Assembly: GCA_038064675.1 (NCBI GenBank) | Contig: JBBTSM010000003.1 | Location: 102,663-166,662 of the forward strand | Direction of reading: 5' to 3' | From: Patescibacteria group bacterium | GTDB taxonomy: Bacteria; Patescibacteriota; Patescibacteriia; UBA9934 | Length of the DNA: 64,000 bases | Shown: positions 16,701 to 26,110 of the stretch, piece by piece | How the letters are laid out: every line of letters starts with the position of its first letter | How positions within the stretch are numbered: the stretch's first letter is position 1 | The notes under the pieces: generated by a model | The model's database searches: none | What the model was told of the DNA's origin: nothing | Seen by the model: the letters and a program-made list of their open reading frames with translations, nothing else | Position numbers and translations under genes: made by a program

Positions 16701-19064
16701 ATCGGCCTCCAACCAGTTAGTGACAGGGCCAGCGGGAGCCGTGCCGCCCGTACCATCAGACGTTGAGTCTCCAATGACGGAGATGATATCGCCGATTCCT
16801 ATGTGGTCGCGGTGATCATGCTGAAGAGCGTCAACGGATAGCGAACTGCCATCGCCAAGAATCTCGTACGCATCGAGGGTGTACTCCGCTTTCGCTAACC
16901 CAGAAAAAGCCGCGGTGTAAGCCGGACCAGCAAGGTCGTTGATTGTTTGTTCTCCTGCGAGCCCTTGATTTAAAATGAAGCGTATCCCCCCTCCCGTTGG
17001 AATGTCGTCGACGGTAGCGACGGCATTCAACGTGGAAGATGTTTGGATGTACGGAATGTAAAAGGTGCCATTTTCGTCGTCGATTTGTAAGGTGGCGGTG
17101 TCTGGCTCGGCAACAACACCGGCGGCTGGCGAGGTAATTAATAAGGTGGGGGCTGGGGCCGGTGGCGGGAGGGTTCCGGCAAAGTGAACGTCGTCAAAAT
17201 AGGCGTCGGCAACGGTCGTGTTTCTTCCAAGTGCAAAGGTGCCGTTAGGAAAACGATCAACAGTGTCAGTAAACGTAACCGTTGGAGTCAAGGGTTTCTC
17301 TGCTCCTTGTTTCCAGGCGTAGACGTTGATAACGGGCAAGCTGGAACCATTGTTTATGACGGAAGCCTCAACGTTGGTCCAGCCATTTTGCACAAACGGA
17401 ACAACGGTCGTCGCCGAACCGGTCGCAAGCGAGGTGAAGGTTGCCCCAACCTGAGAACTAATGGTCCAAACGCTGCCGTTATGCCAAACAAGGTATCCGT
17501 CATTATTTGCCTGACGGCGCAACCACGCATACCCGGAGGTGTTGTTGACCAAGTTTGATCTGAACCGATAGGAAATAACTTGATTCAGCGTGGTCGAACT
17601 TCCGTTCACCGCCATGTTCGTGATATAACTCGTGGTCGCTGATCCGGAAAGAAGGCGATCCGGTGAAACATCGGCAATCGTCCAAGTTCCGCCCTCACTC
17701 GTCCAACCATTTTGACCAACGACCGTTCCCGTATTTAACGCGTCAAAAGAATCCGCAAAAAGTTCTGTATACGGTGTTTCGCTTACAAACTGTGGTGTTC
17801 CGTAGACGTTTGAAGAATCGTAAGGAAACAAAGTGTAGTAATAGAGCGTACCATTCGTTAAGCCAGAGTGTGTGGTGCTACTATTTCCTCCGGACGATCC
17901 AGCAATGTCAGCAACCAGCGTTCCATCTGTTGGCGTCGCGGGGTACGCAGACGTACTCACGCGAACCATTGTTCCAGCATATGCGGCAAACATGGGATTT
18001 TTCCAACTGAGAGTATTAGAACCATCGCCAGGAATCACTCGCACAAAGGAGTCACCGCTCATTCCAGCATAGAGAATATTGTCGTACTCCGCGGCGACGG
18101 TGGAGGATTTTCCCACCGAAAAGACCCCTTGAGCAAAACGATTGACCGTGTCCGTAGCGGTTGCCGTTGGCGTGGAAGGCTTGGCCGTTCCCCGCACCCA
18201 CACATAGGCGGTGAGCACCGGCAAACCTGCGGAATTATTGACCACGGAAAATTCATAAGTATACCAAGTGTTGGCAAGTTGAGTAAAGGCTCCGGTTGCC
18301 ATACTGGTAAAGGAGGCTCCGGTAGTGGGTTTATAGCTAATGCGCAAAACTCCGCCTCCTTGGGTCAACACGTATCCACCGGCGTCCGCCGTGGCGGATT
18401 GGGCGCGCAAAAAGAGTTGCCCAGGAGCGTTAATGGTTGTTCCCTTCCAGTCTGCGCGGACCATTTGATTACTGTAGGCAGCTACATTGCCACCGTTTAA
18501 CACGCGATGCTGATCAAAAGTTAGGTTTTCCGTGCCGCTTTTGAGCGTTTGTTCGCCAGCGGTATCGACAATACTCCAGGTGCCCGCCACCGTAGCCCAA
18601 CCATTCTGACCGCTGACCGCCGCCACGTTGAGCGACTCAAAATCATCACTGAAGACCGTTTGCATAACTAATTGCTGAGTATTTACTGCAGAACTGTATT
18701 CTGGCGTGCCATCATGAGAAAAGAGGGAGAAATAGTACACGGTTCCATTCGTTAAACCGGTGATGGTGTACGAACTCGTCCCGCTTGGCGAACCAGCAAC
18801 ATCGGATGCGAGTGTCCCATCACTTACTGACGTTGGAAATGCGGTCGAGCTATAGCGCACCATAACTCCTGTAAATCCAACATCAGCAGGGTTCGTCCAT
18901 GAAAGAGTCACCTGTCCGTTGGCCGGAACGGGAACAACGTTCGCTACAGTTGCCGGTGCCGCACCAAATGCAAATGGAGAATACAAAAATGTTCCCGCAA
19001 GGAATCCAAATCCCAAACTGAGCCCAAGAACAACAATAAGAATATGGTGAGCCCGAATGGTCAT
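13740..19064 (-). CDS. giant (~1775 aa) multi-domain surface protein: FN3, two LamG-like modules, an embedded SGNH/GDSL hydrolase domain, three tandem ~95-aa repeats, an Ig-like domain and the shared C-terminal module
   Basis: Start at internal Met MTIRAHHILIVVLGLSLGF (signal anchor). GDSL block I VIGDSTSDGTGG and block V NGVHPNAAGYERIA. FN3 segments (PANGQVTLSWTNP...). Repeat unit NGYLDSVVVTFSQDLDGST..., three copies. Confidence 0.6.
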   Translation of the reverse strand: MTIRAHHILIVVLGLSLGFGFLAGTFLYSPFAFGAAPATVANVVPVPANGQVTLSWTNPADVGFTGVMVRYSSTAFPTSVSDGTLASDVAGSPSGTSSYTITGLTNGTVYYFSLFSHDGTPEYSSAVNTQQLVMQTVFSDDFESLNVAAVSGQNGWATVAGTWSIVDTAGEQTLKSGTENLTFDQHRVLNGGNVAAYSNQMVRADWKGTTINAPGQLFLRAQSATADAGGYVLTQGGGVLRISYKPTTGASFTSMATGAFTQLANTWYTYEFSVVNNSAGLPVLTAYVWVRGTAKPSTPTATATDTVNRFAQGVFSVGKSSTVAAEYDNILYAGMSGDSFVRVIPGDGSNTLSWKNPMFAAYAGTMVRVSTSAYPATPTDGTLVADIAGSSGGNSSTTHSGLTNGTLYYYTLFPYDSSNVYGTPQFVSETPYTELFADSFDALNTGTVVGQNGWTSEGGTWTIADVSPDRLLSGSATTSYITNMAVNGSSTTLNQVISYRFRSNLVNNTSGYAWLRRQANNDGYLVWHNGSVWTISSQVGATFTSLATGSATTVVPFVQNGWTNVEASVINNGSSLPVINVYAWKQGAEKPLTPTVTFTDTVDRFPNGTFALGRNTTVADAYFDDVHFAGTLPPPAPAPTLLITSPAAGVVAEPDTATLQIDDENGTFYIPYIQTSSTLNAVATVDDIPTGGGIRFILNQGLAGEQTINDLAGPAYTAAFSGLAKAEYTLDAYEILGDGSSLSVDALQHDHRDHIGIGDIISVIGDSTSDGTGGTAPAGPVTNWLEADAGSLSLDHRNFPQNDPSDALFKESFLTDLNDQLSAYYGYPVFLMNEGHLGIRASNYQSAVMVSNWTTRELALAPTKWIVALGNGDSQVLHSAATYRADMESLFNTLIGTYGASYDDIYVPYPFYDSRADIVDVLATYPAAIDAMRSELGLGGGADFFFTFQNYKPAEYNGVHPNAAGYERIARLWALAFMQPTALTISAVTATQATVNWSSITAFEPTIAGYHVKYGTASNALTQTATFGDVTTGIVTGLTPNTVYYFAVEAYDNDANFASVSDRSNVLSTTTQSVASMASATTADTNTNGYLDSVVVTFSQDLDGSTIAGSDFAVSGYTISSASETAAGVVTIVLSEGPSVDTGATPLVTIVGSVSNASGNVTTSGALTPTDSALPILTSAVAQDIDANGYIDRVVALFSEDLDGSTVSGSDITVAGYVVTSASETSAGAVTIVFTEGSSVDTGATPLVSLVGDVADGVGNVRASGSVTPSDAATPVLLSGATQDFDANGKIDRIVLTFSKDLDAATVADTDFFVALYAVTDAVEASAGVVTLSLTEGSFYDTGLTPLVTIIGSVSDTLGNVASSGFVTPTDTAPPSIVAITPADGSVAVLRSINVTATFSESMNVSTVTYTLAPEVNGCAATWSAGETVLTLTHPSLLAPTTSYTFTVTGGNDTAGVPFGGTLAGVTHPATFTTVPSDSSNDEESAPSVVPVLSLITPNGGDSLLAAQHAFISWSSTNDTAIPFVTLAYSLDDGVSYTAIATNIQNTGSYTWTVPNVSTTNARVLIEGGDLLTIGAQDMSDDTFSISGILSGDGAVEAGDGTETPSTTVVYEGQGRSPFNGLSESVTEVSVGDLIQSPNYPTVYYVGAGGRRHPFIDNQTLYTYIISRSEIKMVTDATLPQMVVGAPMLPNPGTVLVKVQSDHRVYWLETSGTGTALRWMTNEVLVRDIFGASWADYVIDIPPTLYSRFLHGSDISAPFFVDRSQLRARQDLHE
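14900..15780 (-). repeat. three tandem ~270-bp intragenic repeats, each encoding a ~95-aa unit, inside gene 13740..19064
   Basis: The repeat shows in the protein, and antisense ORFs 15136..15498 and 15580..15768 repeat each other. Confidence 0.4.
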
Positions 19065-19200
19065 AACGTAGTGCCAGTATACCACGATATGTCGTGATAG
19101 AATTGCAACAGCTATGATTAGCCTCCTTCTCTGGGACATCTACGAAATCAGCTCCCCCGCCTCTCTCCAGGGCGTTATGCTTCGCGGTCGCATTACAACG

Positions 19201-20202
19201 CTAAAGCTTTTCCAGCAGCTGCATTAATCCAACTTCATGAACGTGGAGTAAGGGATATTTCTTTCGCAACGTTTCGCGTGGAGCCTTCCAGGTGAGTTTT
19301 CCTTTGGCGTACAACGAAAGCACGTCGGGATGGATATAGGATTTTTTACAGACCGCAACCGTGTTGCCGAGCGCGTCGGCAGCGCGCTGAACTGCGACCT
19401 TGATATCGCGTTGAACGTCGCGTTTTGTTTTTGCGACAGGTCGATCCCAAAGATACGACGCGGCGATAACCGTGCCGTGCCACGTTCGGAAATCTTTTGC
19501 GGTAATCTCTTCCTTGGAAATCGATTTCAAGTATTCGTTCACGTCGTCAGACTGCACGTCGTGTGGTCTGCCGTCGTGATCAATATATTCAAAAAGCTTT
19601 TGTCCAGGAATGTCGTGGCATATTGCAACGATTTTTCGCAATCGCTCGTCCTCAATAGGAAACTCGTGCGCAATGCCATCCTTCCCATCGAATGCTAATT
19701 CCATGTGCTCCCCCGTTCCTTTCACGTGCCGATTACGGAGCGTCGTTAATCCGAACGAATGGTTGTCTTTTGCATATTCCTCGTTGCCGATGCGAATAAA
19801 TGCCGTGTCGAGCAGCCGCACGATAGCTGCCAGCACTTTTTCCTTCGGCATTCCACGCAGCCGAAGATCGCTCTCGACTTTTCTGCGAATCCGAGGAAGT
19901 GCCGCAACAAACTCGCTCATGCGATGAAACTTTCCCTCGTTCTGTTTTGCAATCCAGTCGGGATGATAGATGTACTGCTTGCGTCTTCGTGCATCGAGCG
20001 CCGTTGCCTGAATGTGTCCATTCACAAACGGACAGATCCACACGTTTGTATACGCCGGAGGAATTCCGAGCGAACGAATGCGATCCAATATTTTTCGATT
20101 ACGAATCTTTCCTCCCTTCTCGTCGCGATATGCAACGCCGAAAAATCCCTTCGCACGAGAGAAACCTGGGACCTCATCGGTGACGTATCGAAGCCGCATC
20201 AT
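19201..20202 (-). CDS. type IB DNA topoisomerase (poxvirus-like / bacterial TopIB)
   Basis: RLRYVTDEVPGFSR, GIPPAYTNVWICP, FRTWHGTV, and the active-site Tyr context VCKKSYIHP. Start taken at internal MMRL. Confidence 0.6.
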   Translation of the reverse strand: MMRLRYVTDEVPGFSRAKGFFGVAYRDEKGGKIRNRKILDRIRSLGIPPAYTNVWICPFVNGHIQATALDARRRKQYIYHPDWIAKQNEGKFHRMSEFVAALPRIRRKVESDLRLRGMPKEKVLAAIVRLLDTAFIRIGNEEYAKDNHSFGLTTLRNRHVKGTGEHMELAFDGKDGIAHEFPIEDERLRKIVAICHDIPGQKLFEYIDHDGRPHDVQSDDVNEYLKSISKEEITAKDFRTWHGTVIAASYLWDRPVAKTKRDVQRDIKVAVQRAADALGNTVAVCKKSYIHPDVLSLYAKGKLTWKAPRETLRKKYPLLHVHEVGLMQLLEKL

Positions 20203-20284
20203 TGTAGTATAGCAAGCCGCGCTCCACACACTGATGTGTTTTACAATTGAAAAGACCACACCCGCGAGAGCGCGGCCCTTCATG

Positions 20285-21076
20285 TCAGCGCGTAGCTGAC
20301 AAGGACGACGCTCCGCCGAATGCGGTCTCCGTAGTGGGAATCATCTCGTATCGATTTTTCTGCGCATCGAAACGGATACTGTTCTGATCGAGTGCGATCG
20401 TACGAGTACCATCTTTCACTCCACTCCCCCAAGGCAACTGGATGAGGGAAAGGACGAAGACACCGCTCTCGATCTGCGCGGCCCACGCGCCAGTAGAAAC
20501 GCCCGCCTCACGAAGGGCAAGCTCCAGCCAAACGCGCACGCCCTCCGTCATGTCCATGTCGCCACAGACCATGAAGAGTGACGGATGATGGGTCGAGATC
20601 TGACCGAGCGCGTTCCAATGCTTCGACGACCCAAAGTCAGAACGAAAGCCGGTGGCTGCCCACCCGCTCCAGTCCCACACCTCGAGCACCGTCGAAAGAA
20701 GATGGGACGGAATGGAGAGCGCGGCCGGCGCAGAGAGCAGCGCGTCCCAGTGCTTGGGGTCTTTTTGACTGGGAACAGTAGCGGGAATCAGCATCTGCCC
20801 GAGCACCTTCGCGTTCTGGTACTCGGGTGAATTGGAACTCACGGGCCCCGTGCTGAGCAGGCGGATGAGTTCCTTGCAGCTTGCCAGCCCGAGCTGTACC
20901 TGCCTCAAATAAGGACGGAGTTGCAACAGATGCTGTTTCAGTGCCTCGTCAGTCTGCGCCGCGACGAACCCGTCGTGCACGAGCGGCAGCGCCCGGGCCA
21001 GCATGCCAACCAGCGCCGTAAGCACCGCCTGATTCATCGCGCGCTCTTCGGGGCTTTCGCCGATCTTTTTATCCAT
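20285..21076 (-). CDS. hypothetical protein, locally GC-rich
   Basis: ORF track; no motif recognised. Confidence 0.35.
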   Translation of the reverse strand: MDKKIGESPEERAMNQAVLTALVGMLARALPLVHDGFVAAQTDEALKQHLLQLRPYLRQVQLGLASCKELIRLLSTGPVSSNSPEYQNAKVLGQMLIPATVPSQKDPKHWDALLSAPAALSIPSHLLSTVLEVWDWSGWAATGFRSDFGSSKHWNALGQISTHHPSLFMVCGDMDMTEGVRVWLELALREAGVSTGAWAAQIESGVFVLSLIQLPWGSGVKDGTRTIALDQNSIRFDAQKNRYEMIPTTETAFGGASSLSATR

Positions 21077-21194
21077 GTGTCACTCCAAGTGGACGATAAA
21101 CCTTAACATAATGCCTTCTTCAAGGCAAACCGAAACCCCTCAAAAGGATCGTTTCTTCATTCTCCACATTCTGGGCTCGTGCTACACTTTCCGC

Positions 21195-21929
21195 ATGAAA
21201 AAGCCTCAACGAATCCTCCTGAAACTTTCTGGAGAACAGTTCGCAGGAAAAGAGAAGTTTGGTATTGATACGGATTTTATTCTTGGGCTCGCCGAAGAAC
21301 TTCACGAAGTAGTAAAAGCAACCGGAGCACAGATCGTTATCGTGGTTGGCGGTGGAAACTTTTTACGCGGTGCGACACTTTCAAAAAATGAAGTGATGAT
21401 TGAACGAGCAACAGCAGATTACATGGGCATGCTCGCCACAGTAATGAACGGCATGGCACTCGTGGATATCCTTGAACATTTCGGCCAGCCAGCGCGACTG
21501 CAGACGCGCATCAAGATCGACGTGGTCGCAGAACCGTTCATTCGCCGACGTGCCATCCGCCACCTCGAGAAAGGCCGCATCGTCATCATCGGCGGCGGCA
21601 CCGGCAATCCGTATGTCACAACCGACACCGCCGCAGTTTCAACAGCCCTCGAGCTTGGGTGTGACATCGTGCTCAAGGCAACAAAGGTCGATGGGGTGTA
21701 TTCCAAAGATCCGAACAAGTACAACGACGCGGTAAAGCTCGAATCCATCTCACACCTCGATGCCATTCGCGATGAGAACATTTCCGTTATGGACAACGCC
21801 GCCGTGAGCCTTGCGATGGATAACGGTTTGCAAATTCGCGTGTTTGATCTGCTTACTCGAGGAAACATTCAGCGTATCGTGAACGGCGAGAATATCGGAA
21901 CGCTCGTCAGTAAGCACCCGTTGGCATGA
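21195..21929 (+). CDS. pyrH: UMP kinase
   Basis: MKKPQRILLKLSGE..., VVGGGNFLRG, MGMLATVMNG. Internal start computed from the track ORF. Confidence 0.8.
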   Translation: MKKPQRILLKLSGEQFAGKEKFGIDTDFILGLAEELHEVVKATGAQIVIVVGGGNFLRGATLSKNEVMIERATADYMGMLATVMNGMALVDILEHFGQPARLQTRIKIDVVAEPFIRRRAIRHLEKGRIVIIGGGTGNPYVTTDTAAVSTALELGCDIVLKATKVDGVYSKDPNKYNDAVKLESISHLDAIRDENISVMDNAAVSLAMDNGLQIRVFDLLTRGNIQRIVNGENIGTLVSKHPLA

Positions 21930-21965
21930 TAGAATTGGGGTAATCATTCCTCAGATCTTCCCTGT

Positions 21966-24767
21966 ATGGTTCGAATTCCTAGGACGCTCATGGGTGCAGC
22001 GGTAGGGCTTGGCCTTGCAGCCGGAAGCATAGAACACACAGAGGCGAAAGATTTTCCTACGGTAGAATCAACGAACGCCGGATTCCCTTTTGAAACGCTT
22101 GCAAAAAGTGAAGACGCAAACAACGTTCAGACGCTTCTTGAACACGTCAACGAATGGGCGTATCGAGAAGATGCCACCTCAACCGCAAAAGATCTTGCGA
22201 AGAAATTTCCGTATCTCTTCATTGCCAACAACCGCAGCCTTCTCGACTCGGGAATTCCCTGGGCACACGACGCGCTGCTTATTGCACTCCAAACAGATCC
22301 AGAGAACGGAACCTCATACGATTCGCACGATCTGTTCCGAATACTCAACGTGAACGATTCACGAATTGAGGAACTTTTGGAAGAATCCATGGAGCATCGA
22401 TACGGGGAGATTATTAACGCTTCCTGGTATCTTCCAAATTGGACGGCGCTCACGGCAAATGAAAAAAGACTTATACGGCAAGCCGTTGTCGTTCTTCCAA
22501 CCAAAAACCCCATATTCTTCTTTCAAAGCGTATTTTCCGATCGTGGAAAATTTGGAGAGATTGTCCCAGATGCAACAGAACGGGATCATCTCGCTGAGGC
22601 CGCAGCGGTGCACGCAATTGTTTCTGGAAAAACGGAAGATTTAGAAACCATGGCGCAATACGCAGAATCCTCTGGCGATATTCGTGCAATTATTGCGAAT
22701 GGCTATGGATGGGACCAGTTTCTTGATCGATGTTCCGAACAGGTCCCAGGAACCGTCATGAGCAGTTTACTCATAGGAAGAAAAACATTTCTCCCCCTCA
22801 CCACCGAAGACAAACGCATGGAGTTGTACCGCCATGCCGCAAGACGCGCACCAAGAAGTCTTGTTGACGAATGGTCACGGAATCGTGGCAAAAAGAGTGT
22901 CGTGAGCCACGAGAATGAACGTGAATTTCTCTATCATGTTGGCGAAGCATGGACGCATTTCATCATGAATGACCTCGTGCATTTTTATCCGAAGCTCCTT
23001 ACACGAGAAGCCATGACGCAGTTCCCGCAGATCCACAATGCACTGCTTGATGCGGCAGAACACAATCCAGCTCGTCTTTTAGATGTTTTGGAAAGCGACC
23101 CAGAATATGCTGCAGAAATTGATATCACGGAATATCGCGAAATAGCCGCCAGAAACGTGATAGCAAAGCGAGCGTGGATTGATAATTCACCACAAATGCA
23201 TTCGACATACACTGGAAAGCAGACACTAAATACGTTTATGTATTTTGCCGGCCTTCCTAATGAAGCAACGCTTACAGAATCGTGGTTCCGACAATCCGCT
23301 ATGGACATTCCGGCAACAACGCTCCGCGCGCTTTCTAGCAAAACCCAGCGAGAACCATGGTTTAGTATTGCCCAACGCACGAGCGTTCTGTACGTTCTCG
23401 ATAAAACTCCAACGGATGTTGATGCATTTCTTGTTGAAACGAAAAATGCTTCGCTCCCTTTTGACGACCTTGAGCTTCTGTTGGGCGCGCGAGCAAAGGA
23501 CGACTTTGGAAAAGCCATGAATGACGCTAATACGCTTCTCCTGAAAAATGGAGGCTACGATCCAAATCTTGCGTACCGTCTCCTGTGGATTCTTGAACAA
23601 TCCCAACCGTACGAGTTCGCTGCATGGGTACGAAAAAATACCCCAGCGGGAAGTGCAACGCCAGAACTCGGGGCATGGCAAGACGCACTCACGAGTGATC
23701 AATGGGACGGACTTGTTGCCCACGCGAATCGCATTGAAGCAGACAAAACATACGAAAGGCTTGCTGTATCAACCGTTGGAACGGGATTCCGATTTGACGC
23801 AACAATATTGGATGACGTTGCCGGCATGAACTATCGTCATCGCATCGAAACAACCGTGCCGGCAGGCCATCCGCTTGGACCAATTCCCGGAGAAAACTTT
23901 ATCAGTGTTCCGATGATTGCGTTCGAAACGGTTGCGACATCAGCACCATTTGGCGCGTACATCGACGCACACGCGAGCGATCGTCTTTCATTCGTCAATG
24001 TATGTTCCATTGCCCAAGCAACATGGAGACGATTGCGTGATCTTCGTCTTGAACCAACGCCAGAGAATATTGGACGAGCACTGCAGGACGTAAATACACA
24101 ATGGGAGCAGATAAAGGATATTGAGATATTCGGCCCACATACCAAGCTCATTACCATCGCCAACCACGAGGAACGATTCAACAACACACAAATCATCAAT
24201 CAACTCCTCGTTGGTCATGGTGGGAGCGCATCACAAGTCATTTTCCAAGGAAAAGGTCCAAGAGATAAATACAAAATCCTTGAAGCCATTAGTACGCAAA
24301 GTACCGCCCCTGTAACTATCGTGTTCAATGGTCATGGAAACCGCCTAGGAATCCATCTCGATACACAAACACCAATCACGCCAAGCGACCTTGGCGATGC
24401 GCTCATCGATTCCCAAAACATCAGCAACACGAGACTCGTCATCGACTCCTGCTATAGCTACGACTATGCCGATAAGGTCCTGCAGTATATTCGTGGAAGA
24501 GAAGTTGATGCGTCTGGGCTGATCATCATCACGGAATCAAATCAGGATGCGCTTGGCTTTGGCGTTGTTGGTGGCAGCAATATCCTTGATAGCCAATATC
24601 TTACCGCAGTAAATGCTCAGGCTCCGGACAGGCCAATTACCGTAGAAACCTTCAGGCAAGCTGAAAGTGCCGTGTGGTTTTCAGAAGACCCAAGCATCAC
24701 CGTGGGCCTTCCGTTTTCTGCGGGATGGATGACGGGAATTGAGGTTGCGGACGCAGGAACCGAATAA
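21966..24767 (+). CDS. large (933 aa) probably secreted protein with a C-terminal caspase/clostripain-fold cysteine peptidase-like domain
   Basis: N-terminus MVRIPRTLMGAAVGLGLAAG. Near the C-terminus a hydrophobic strand ends in TIVFNGHG and a later one in RLVIDSCYS. This His-Gly ... Asp-Ser-Cys arrangement is typical of caspase-hemoglobinase-fold peptidases. Confidence 0.45.
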   Translation: MVRIPRTLMGAAVGLGLAAGSIEHTEAKDFPTVESTNAGFPFETLAKSEDANNVQTLLEHVNEWAYREDATSTAKDLAKKFPYLFIANNRSLLDSGIPWAHDALLIALQTDPENGTSYDSHDLFRILNVNDSRIEELLEESMEHRYGEIINASWYLPNWTALTANEKRLIRQAVVVLPTKNPIFFFQSVFSDRGKFGEIVPDATERDHLAEAAAVHAIVSGKTEDLETMAQYAESSGDIRAIIANGYGWDQFLDRCSEQVPGTVMSSLLIGRKTFLPLTTEDKRMELYRHAARRAPRSLVDEWSRNRGKKSVVSHENEREFLYHVGEAWTHFIMNDLVHFYPKLLTREAMTQFPQIHNALLDAAEHNPARLLDVLESDPEYAAEIDITEYREIAARNVIAKRAWIDNSPQMHSTYTGKQTLNTFMYFAGLPNEATLTESWFRQSAMDIPATTLRALSSKTQREPWFSIAQRTSVLYVLDKTPTDVDAFLVETKNASLPFDDLELLLGARAKDDFGKAMNDANTLLLKNGGYDPNLAYRLLWILEQSQPYEFAAWVRKNTPAGSATPELGAWQDALTSDQWDGLVAHANRIEADKTYERLAVSTVGTGFRFDATILDDVAGMNYRHRIETTVPAGHPLGPIPGENFISVPMIAFETVATSAPFGAYIDAHASDRLSFVNVCSIAQATWRRLRDLRLEPTPENIGRALQDVNTQWEQIKDIEIFGPHTKLITIANHEERFNNTQIINQLLVGHGGSASQVIFQGKGPRDKYKILEAISTQSTAPVTIVFNGHGNRLGIHLDTQTPITPSDLGDALIDSQNISNTRLVIDSCYSYDYADKVLQYIRGREVDASGLIIITESNQDALGFGVVGGSNILDSQYLTAVNAQAPDRPITVETFRQAESAVWFSEDPSITVGLPFSAGWMTGIEVADAGTE

Positions 24768-24770
24768 TCG

Positions 24771-25985
24771 CTAGACCGGAATCGCAACCGATGTTTGCGC
24801 TCCGGACTCCATATCCTTCTCAATCATCATTCCCTTCGCAAGTTCTTCTGGCGAGATGATAATCACGTTTTTCGCACCGATACGATTCGCGAGCGTGAGC
24901 TGCTTCTTCAGATCAAACGGCGGAACCGCAAGAAGAACAGTTCGACCAGACAATCGGAGTGATCGGGCAATAGATCCGGCGGCAGACGATTCTGCTTGAG
25001 TAGCCGGAATGATTAGCCTCTTTTCTGCTTCGATTCCGATCATCGTTTTCCCCTGCGCTTCCAGTGCCGCAAAGAACGACACGTCGCTCACCGCAAATCC
25101 CACCGCACTCATTGGCTTGCCACCAACAGCCTGCAGGAGATCGTTGTATCTTCCACCACCAAACATCGCTCTGCGATATTCTCCGCTCGTGCTGAATACT
25201 TCGAACACCATACCGGTGTAGTACGAGAATCCGCGGATAAGCGACGGATCGTATGCCAGCTGCGTCCAGCCGAGCGCTAAAACAGCATCCATGATCGCTT
25301 CCAATCGTTCGCTCGGTTTCATCTCCTCGATACACGTCAGATCGCCAATAGTGATTGTCGCGTTAATCGTTTGAAGCTGCGCAAGGAATTCCTCAGTCGT
25401 CAGTTTTCCACGTTCGTCGAGGAGTGTTAAGAATTGTCCGCGCTTGTCGTCGGAAATCTTGAGCCCGTTGCAGATCACGTCGAATGAGGCGCGATCGTTC
25501 ACACGCATTTCGATCTTTGTCATATCCATCCCATTCGCTTGAACAATGGAAAGCGCGAGATCGATCGCCTCAACATCGGCCTCTACACTATCCGATCCCA
25601 GGAAGTCGATGTTCAGTTGCATAAAGTTTCGTGATCGGCCCTTTTGTGGTCGCTCGTACCGCCAACAATCTGCAAAGCTAAACCAGCGCAACAACGGCGG
25701 GAGCTGACCTTGTCTGTTCGCAACCATTCGCGCCAACGACGGCGTGAGCTCCGGCCTCACAACAATCTTCTCTCCCCCACGATCCGTGAACACATACGAC
25801 TGTCGCTCAACAATTTCCGCACTCGACTTTGCTTCATACAACACCAATGGCTCCAAAATCGGCGCTTCATACTCCTCGTATCCCGCACGTTCCAACACCA
25901 CCCGGCTCGCATTCGCAAACGCGTTTCGTTTGCGCATATCTGCCGGGTACAAACTCTGAGTTCCTCGTAATGGTTGAATCTGCAT
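24771..25985 (-). CDS. hisS: histidyl-tRNA synthetase
   Basis: Class II aaRS / HisRS signatures: VVRPELTPSLARMV, RWFSFADCWRYERPQKGRSRNF. Confidence 0.8.
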   Translation of the reverse strand: MQIQPLRGTQSLYPADMRKRNAFANASRVVLERAGYEEYEAPILEPLVLYEAKSSAEIVERQSYVFTDRGGEKIVVRPELTPSLARMVANRQGQLPPLLRWFSFADCWRYERPQKGRSRNFMQLNIDFLGSDSVEADVEAIDLALSIVQANGMDMTKIEMRVNDRASFDVICNGLKISDDKRGQFLTLLDERGKLTTEEFLAQLQTINATITIGDLTCIEEMKPSERLEAIMDAVLALGWTQLAYDPSLIRGFSYYTGMVFEVFSTSGEYRRAMFGGGRYNDLLQAVGGKPMSAVGFAVSDVSFFAALEAQGKTMIGIEAEKRLIIPATQAESSAAGSIARSLRLSGRTVLLAVPPFDLKKQLTLANRIGAKNVIIISPEELAKGMMIEKDMESGAQTSVAIPV

Positions 25986-26110
25986 ATCGGTTTGTTATGA
26001 ATAAAAAAGTCCGCCTGATAAGCGGATTTCTTTGTGGTCATTATGAGAACAACACCAAACAGATCCGCTTATGCAAAGCGGAGATGATGGAAAACATTCA
26101 TGGTGTCGCG
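25986..26110 (-). promoter_or_regulatory. hisS leader: a 10-codon ORF with two His codons (MNVFHHLRFA) whose stop lies in hairpin 1, followed by an intrinsic terminator hairpin plus U-run about 17 nt before the hisS ATG
   Basis: Minus-strand reading: ATGAATGTTTTCCATCATCTCCGCTTTGCATAAGCGGA ... AATCCGCTTATCAGGCGGACTTTTTT ... ATG. The two hairpins share the sequence ATCCGCTTAT. Confidence 0.3.
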
